From: Alphaproteobacteria bacterium
Lineage (GTDB): Bacteria; Pseudomonadota; Alphaproteobacteria; SHVZ01
Direction of reading: 5' to 3'
NCBI GenBank assembly: GCA_009694025.1
Contig: SHVZ01000007.1
Location: 5,872-69,871 of the forward strand
Length of the DNA: 64,000 nucleotides
In this document: in pieces, positions 61,883-64,000 of the stretch
Numbering within the stretch: position 1 is the stretch's first letter
Layout: each line of letters opens with the position of its first letter
The notes under the pieces: generated by a model
Databases searched by the model: none
What the model saw: the letters and a program-made list of their open reading frames with translations, nothing else
What the model was told of the DNA's origin: nothing
Position numbers and translations under genes: made by a program

Positions 61883-62782
61883 ATGATCAGCGACAAGGAT
61901 GTGGAAACCTACCGCAAGCGCGGCTACATCGTCTTGCCGAATGTGCTGTCGGAGGACGAGGTCGCCGACCTCCGGCGGGTGACCGAGGAGTTCGTCGAGG
62001 GCTCCCGCGCCGTCACCTACCATACCGACGTCTACGACCTCGAGCCCGGCCACACCGCCGAGCAGCCCAAGGTCCGGCGCATCAAGACCCCGCATGCCCA
62101 CCATCCGGTCTACCAGCGGATGGTGAAGCATCCGAAGATCCTTGCGGTTCTCACCAAGCTGTGGGGGCCGAACATCCGCTTCGACCTCTCCAAGCTCAAC
62201 CTGAAATCGGCCGGCTTCGGCTCGCCGGTCGAATGGCATCAGGACTGGGCCTTCTATCCGCACACGAACGACGATCTGGCCGCCGTCGGCATCATGATCG
62301 ACGACTTTACGCCGGAAAACGGCTCGATGCAGGTCATTCCGGGCAGCCACAAGGGCCCGATCTACAATCATCACGCCAAGGGCCACTTCGTCGGCGGCGT
62401 CGATCCGTCCAAGTCCAATATCGACTTTTCCAAAGCGGCGATGTGCACCGGCAAGGCGGGCTCCATCACGGTCCATCACGCCCGCCTCCTGCATGCGTCA
62501 TCGGCCAACATCTCCGGCGCGCCCCGGCGCTTCCTCCTGCACCAGTACCGCGCCGCCGACGCCTGGCCGCTGATCCATCCGCCGACATCCTGGGAGAAGT
62601 GGGAGTCGCTGCTGGTTTCCGGCGAGGAGACGCTGGAGCCGCGCATGGTCGCGCTCCCGGTGCGTCTGCCCTACCCGCCGGCGCCGAACCAGGGCTCGAT
62701 CTACGAGAACCAGCGCGACCTCGAGACCAAGTTCTTCAAGATGCCGGACGAGATCCAGAAAAAGCTGGAGCCCGCCCAGTAG
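61883..62782 (+). CDS. PhyH-family Fe(II)/2OG oxygenase
   Basis: Track ORF starts at 61802. ATG 61883 has SD GGAGGAA 5 nt upstream. HxD box WHQDWAFYPH, distal His HASSAN. Confidence 0.88.
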   Translation: MISDKDVETYRKRGYIVLPNVLSEDEVADLRRVTEEFVEGSRAVTYHTDVYDLEPGHTAEQPKVRRIKTPHAHHPVYQRMVKHPKILAVLTKLWGPNIRFDLSKLNLKSAGFGSPVEWHQDWAFYPHTNDDLAAVGIMIDDFTPENGSMQVIPGSHKGPIYNHHAKGHFVGGVDPSKSNIDFSKAAMCTGKAGSITVHHARLLHASSANISGAPRRFLLHQYRAADAWPLIHPPTSWEKWESLLVSGEETLEPRMVALPVRLPYPPAPNQGSIYENQRDLETKFFKMPDEIQKKLEPAQ

Positions 62783-62812
62783 GCCGCCTCTCATTTCGGC
62801 GCCCTGCCGTCA

Positions 62813-62850
62813 GCCGCCTGCGACCCCGTCGCGGGCGGCTTTTCCTTGTT
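62813..62850 (+). terminator. intrinsic terminator
   Basis: 12-bp stem (one G-U) gccgcctgcgac / ccc / gtcgcgggcggc followed by ttttccttgtt. Confidence 0.6.
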
Positions 62851-62861
62851 CGGAGCCAGCT

Positions 62862-64000
62862 ATGAGCATCATCGACCTGGTCGAGGTTCATGAATTCACC
62901 TTCGATGCCGCGAACCTCGGCATCGAGGCCGACGGTCCGGCCGCCATCTACAACATCGGCTACAAGCCGGGCGGCAAGCTCACCATGTCGAAATACGCCG
63001 TGGTCATCGGCACCAAGGACGGTGCGCGGGGCGAATACGTGACCCAATGGGTCGGGACCAAAGCGGCGTTGGCGCAGACCCTGATGCTGGCGCCGATGCT
63101 GATCGGACGGAATGCCGACCAACGCGAGAGCATCTACGACGACTTCAAGCGCGAGATCCGGCAGTACGACCACATGGGCCACGGGCCGCTCGACATCGCC
63201 CTTTGGGACCTGGCTGGGCGCAAGTTCGGCGCTTCCGTCACCCAGCTCCTCGGCGGCTACAGGAAGCGGCTCAAGGCCTATGCCTCCACCTACCATGCCG
63301 ACCGCAACGGCGGCCTCGATTCCAAGGAGGCCTTCGTTACCTTCGCCGAGCACTGCCACGATCTCGGCTACCGCGCCTTCAAGATCCACGGATGGCACGA
63401 CGGCGACGCCCGCGAGGAGGCGGAGAACGTCCGTTACATGGGCAAGAAGATGGGCGGACGTATGACCCTCATGCTGGACCCGGCCTGCGAGCTCCGCACC
63501 TTCGCCGACGCGCTCCATGTCGGCCGCGCCTGCGACGACGCCGGGTTCTTCTGGTACGAGGACCCGTTCCGCGACTCCGGCGTCTCGGCCTTCGCCCACA
63601 AGAAGCTGCGCGAGATGATCCGGACCCCGCTTCTCCAGACCGAGCACGTGCGCGGCCTCGAGCCCAAGGCCGACTTCCTGATCGCCGGCGGCACCGACTT
63701 CCTCCGCGCCGATCCCGAATACGACATGGGCATCACCGGCTGCATGAAGATCGCGCACCTCGCCGAGGCCTTCGGCATCGACGTCGAGGTCCATGCCTCG
63801 GGCCCGGCCCATCGGCACTGCATGGCCGCGATCCGCAACACCAACTTCTACGAGGTGGCGCTGGTCGGCCCGAACTGCCCGAACGCGTTGGCGCCGGTCT
63901 ATGCCTGCGGCTATTCCGACCAGCTCGAGGCGATCGGCAAGGACGGTTGCATGCCGGTTCCTGACGGGCCGGGTCTCGGCGTCACCTATGACTGGGATTT
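62862..64000 (+). CDS. enolase-superfamily enzyme (mandelate racemase / muconate lactonizing / acid-sugar dehydratase type), 3' end outside window
   Basis: Not in the ORF track (no stop before nt 64000). My translation from ATG 62862 (GGAG 6 nt upstream) is open for 379 codons. Family boxes KIHGW, MLDPACE, WYEDP, LQTEH in the order expected for the metal ligands. Confidence 0.85.
   Translation, partial: MSIIDLVEVHEFTFDAANLGIEADGPAAIYNIGYKPGGKLTMSKYAVVIGTKDGARGEYVTQWVGTKAALAQTLMLAPMLIGRNADQRESIYDDFKREIRQYDHMGHGPLDIALWDLAGRKFGASVTQLLGGYRKRLKAYASTYHADRNGGLDSKEAFVTFAEHCHDLGYRAFKIHGWHDGDAREEAENVRYMGKKMGGRMTLMLDPACELRTFADALHVGRACDDAGFFWYEDPFRDSGVSAFAHKKLREMIRTPLLQTEHVRGLEPKADFLIAGGTDFLRADPEYDMGITGCMKIAHLAEAFGIDVEVHASGPAHRHCMAAIRNTNFYEVALVGPNCPNALAPVYACGYSDQLEAIGKDGCMPVPDGPGLGVTYDWD

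Noticed and set aside
1-64000. Scan by eye for CRISPR arrays, long direct/inverted repeats, IS elements, integrases, toxin-antitoxin or known defence genes
   Set aside because: None seen. The only repeated DNA found is between paralogous genes and the SDR relic. A computational repeat search (self dot-plot) would be needed to exclude short dispersed repeats.

Overview
Dense, GC-rich (by eye about two-thirds G+C) chromosomal segment. Gene content looks alphaproteobacterial (Hyphomicrobiales-like); this is an inference, not a search result. I call about 56 protein genes on both strands, many translationally coupled (ATGA / GTGA / TGATG overlaps). I found no rRNA, tRNA, CRISPR, transposase, integrase, phage or recognisable defence genes. 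The window is a patchwork of solute-uptake and nitrogen/aromatic catabolic modules: two complete Dpp/Opp-type ABC importers, five family-5 substrate-binding proteins (three of them orphans), modABC, a TRAP dctPQM system and an MFS carrier. These are interleaved with amidohydrolases, hydantoinase/oxoprolinase HyuAB, an amidase, M14-like deacylases, kynureninase, IorAB, RraA-like proteins, four Fe(II)/2-oxoglutarate dioxygenases, aldolases and an enolase-superfamily enzyme. Most ORF-track entries are high-GC shadow ORFs. Several real genes are the 3' parts of over-extended track ORFs (starts at 2734, 6547, 33148, 50668, 52983 and 53681; gene 55883..56677). One gene (62862 to window end) is missing from the track because it has no stop in the window. 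Most noteworthy: (1) the SBP at 12293..13984 reads as a circular permutant of the family-5 fold; (2) a protein with two CDGSH 2Fe-2S motifs fused to a bicupin (29322..30389), next to an SBP / DUF2817-like / kynureninase block; (3) a terminator hairpin placed exactly between an SD-like GGAGGA and an otherwise SD-less start codon (32015..32062); (4) a frame-broken relic of the 3' end of an SDR gene (43719..43794) whose intact paralogue lies 5.6 kb downstream. No single obvious new system such as a defence island is visible; these are the best candidates. All family calls come from reading motifs by eye, with no database search or computation.
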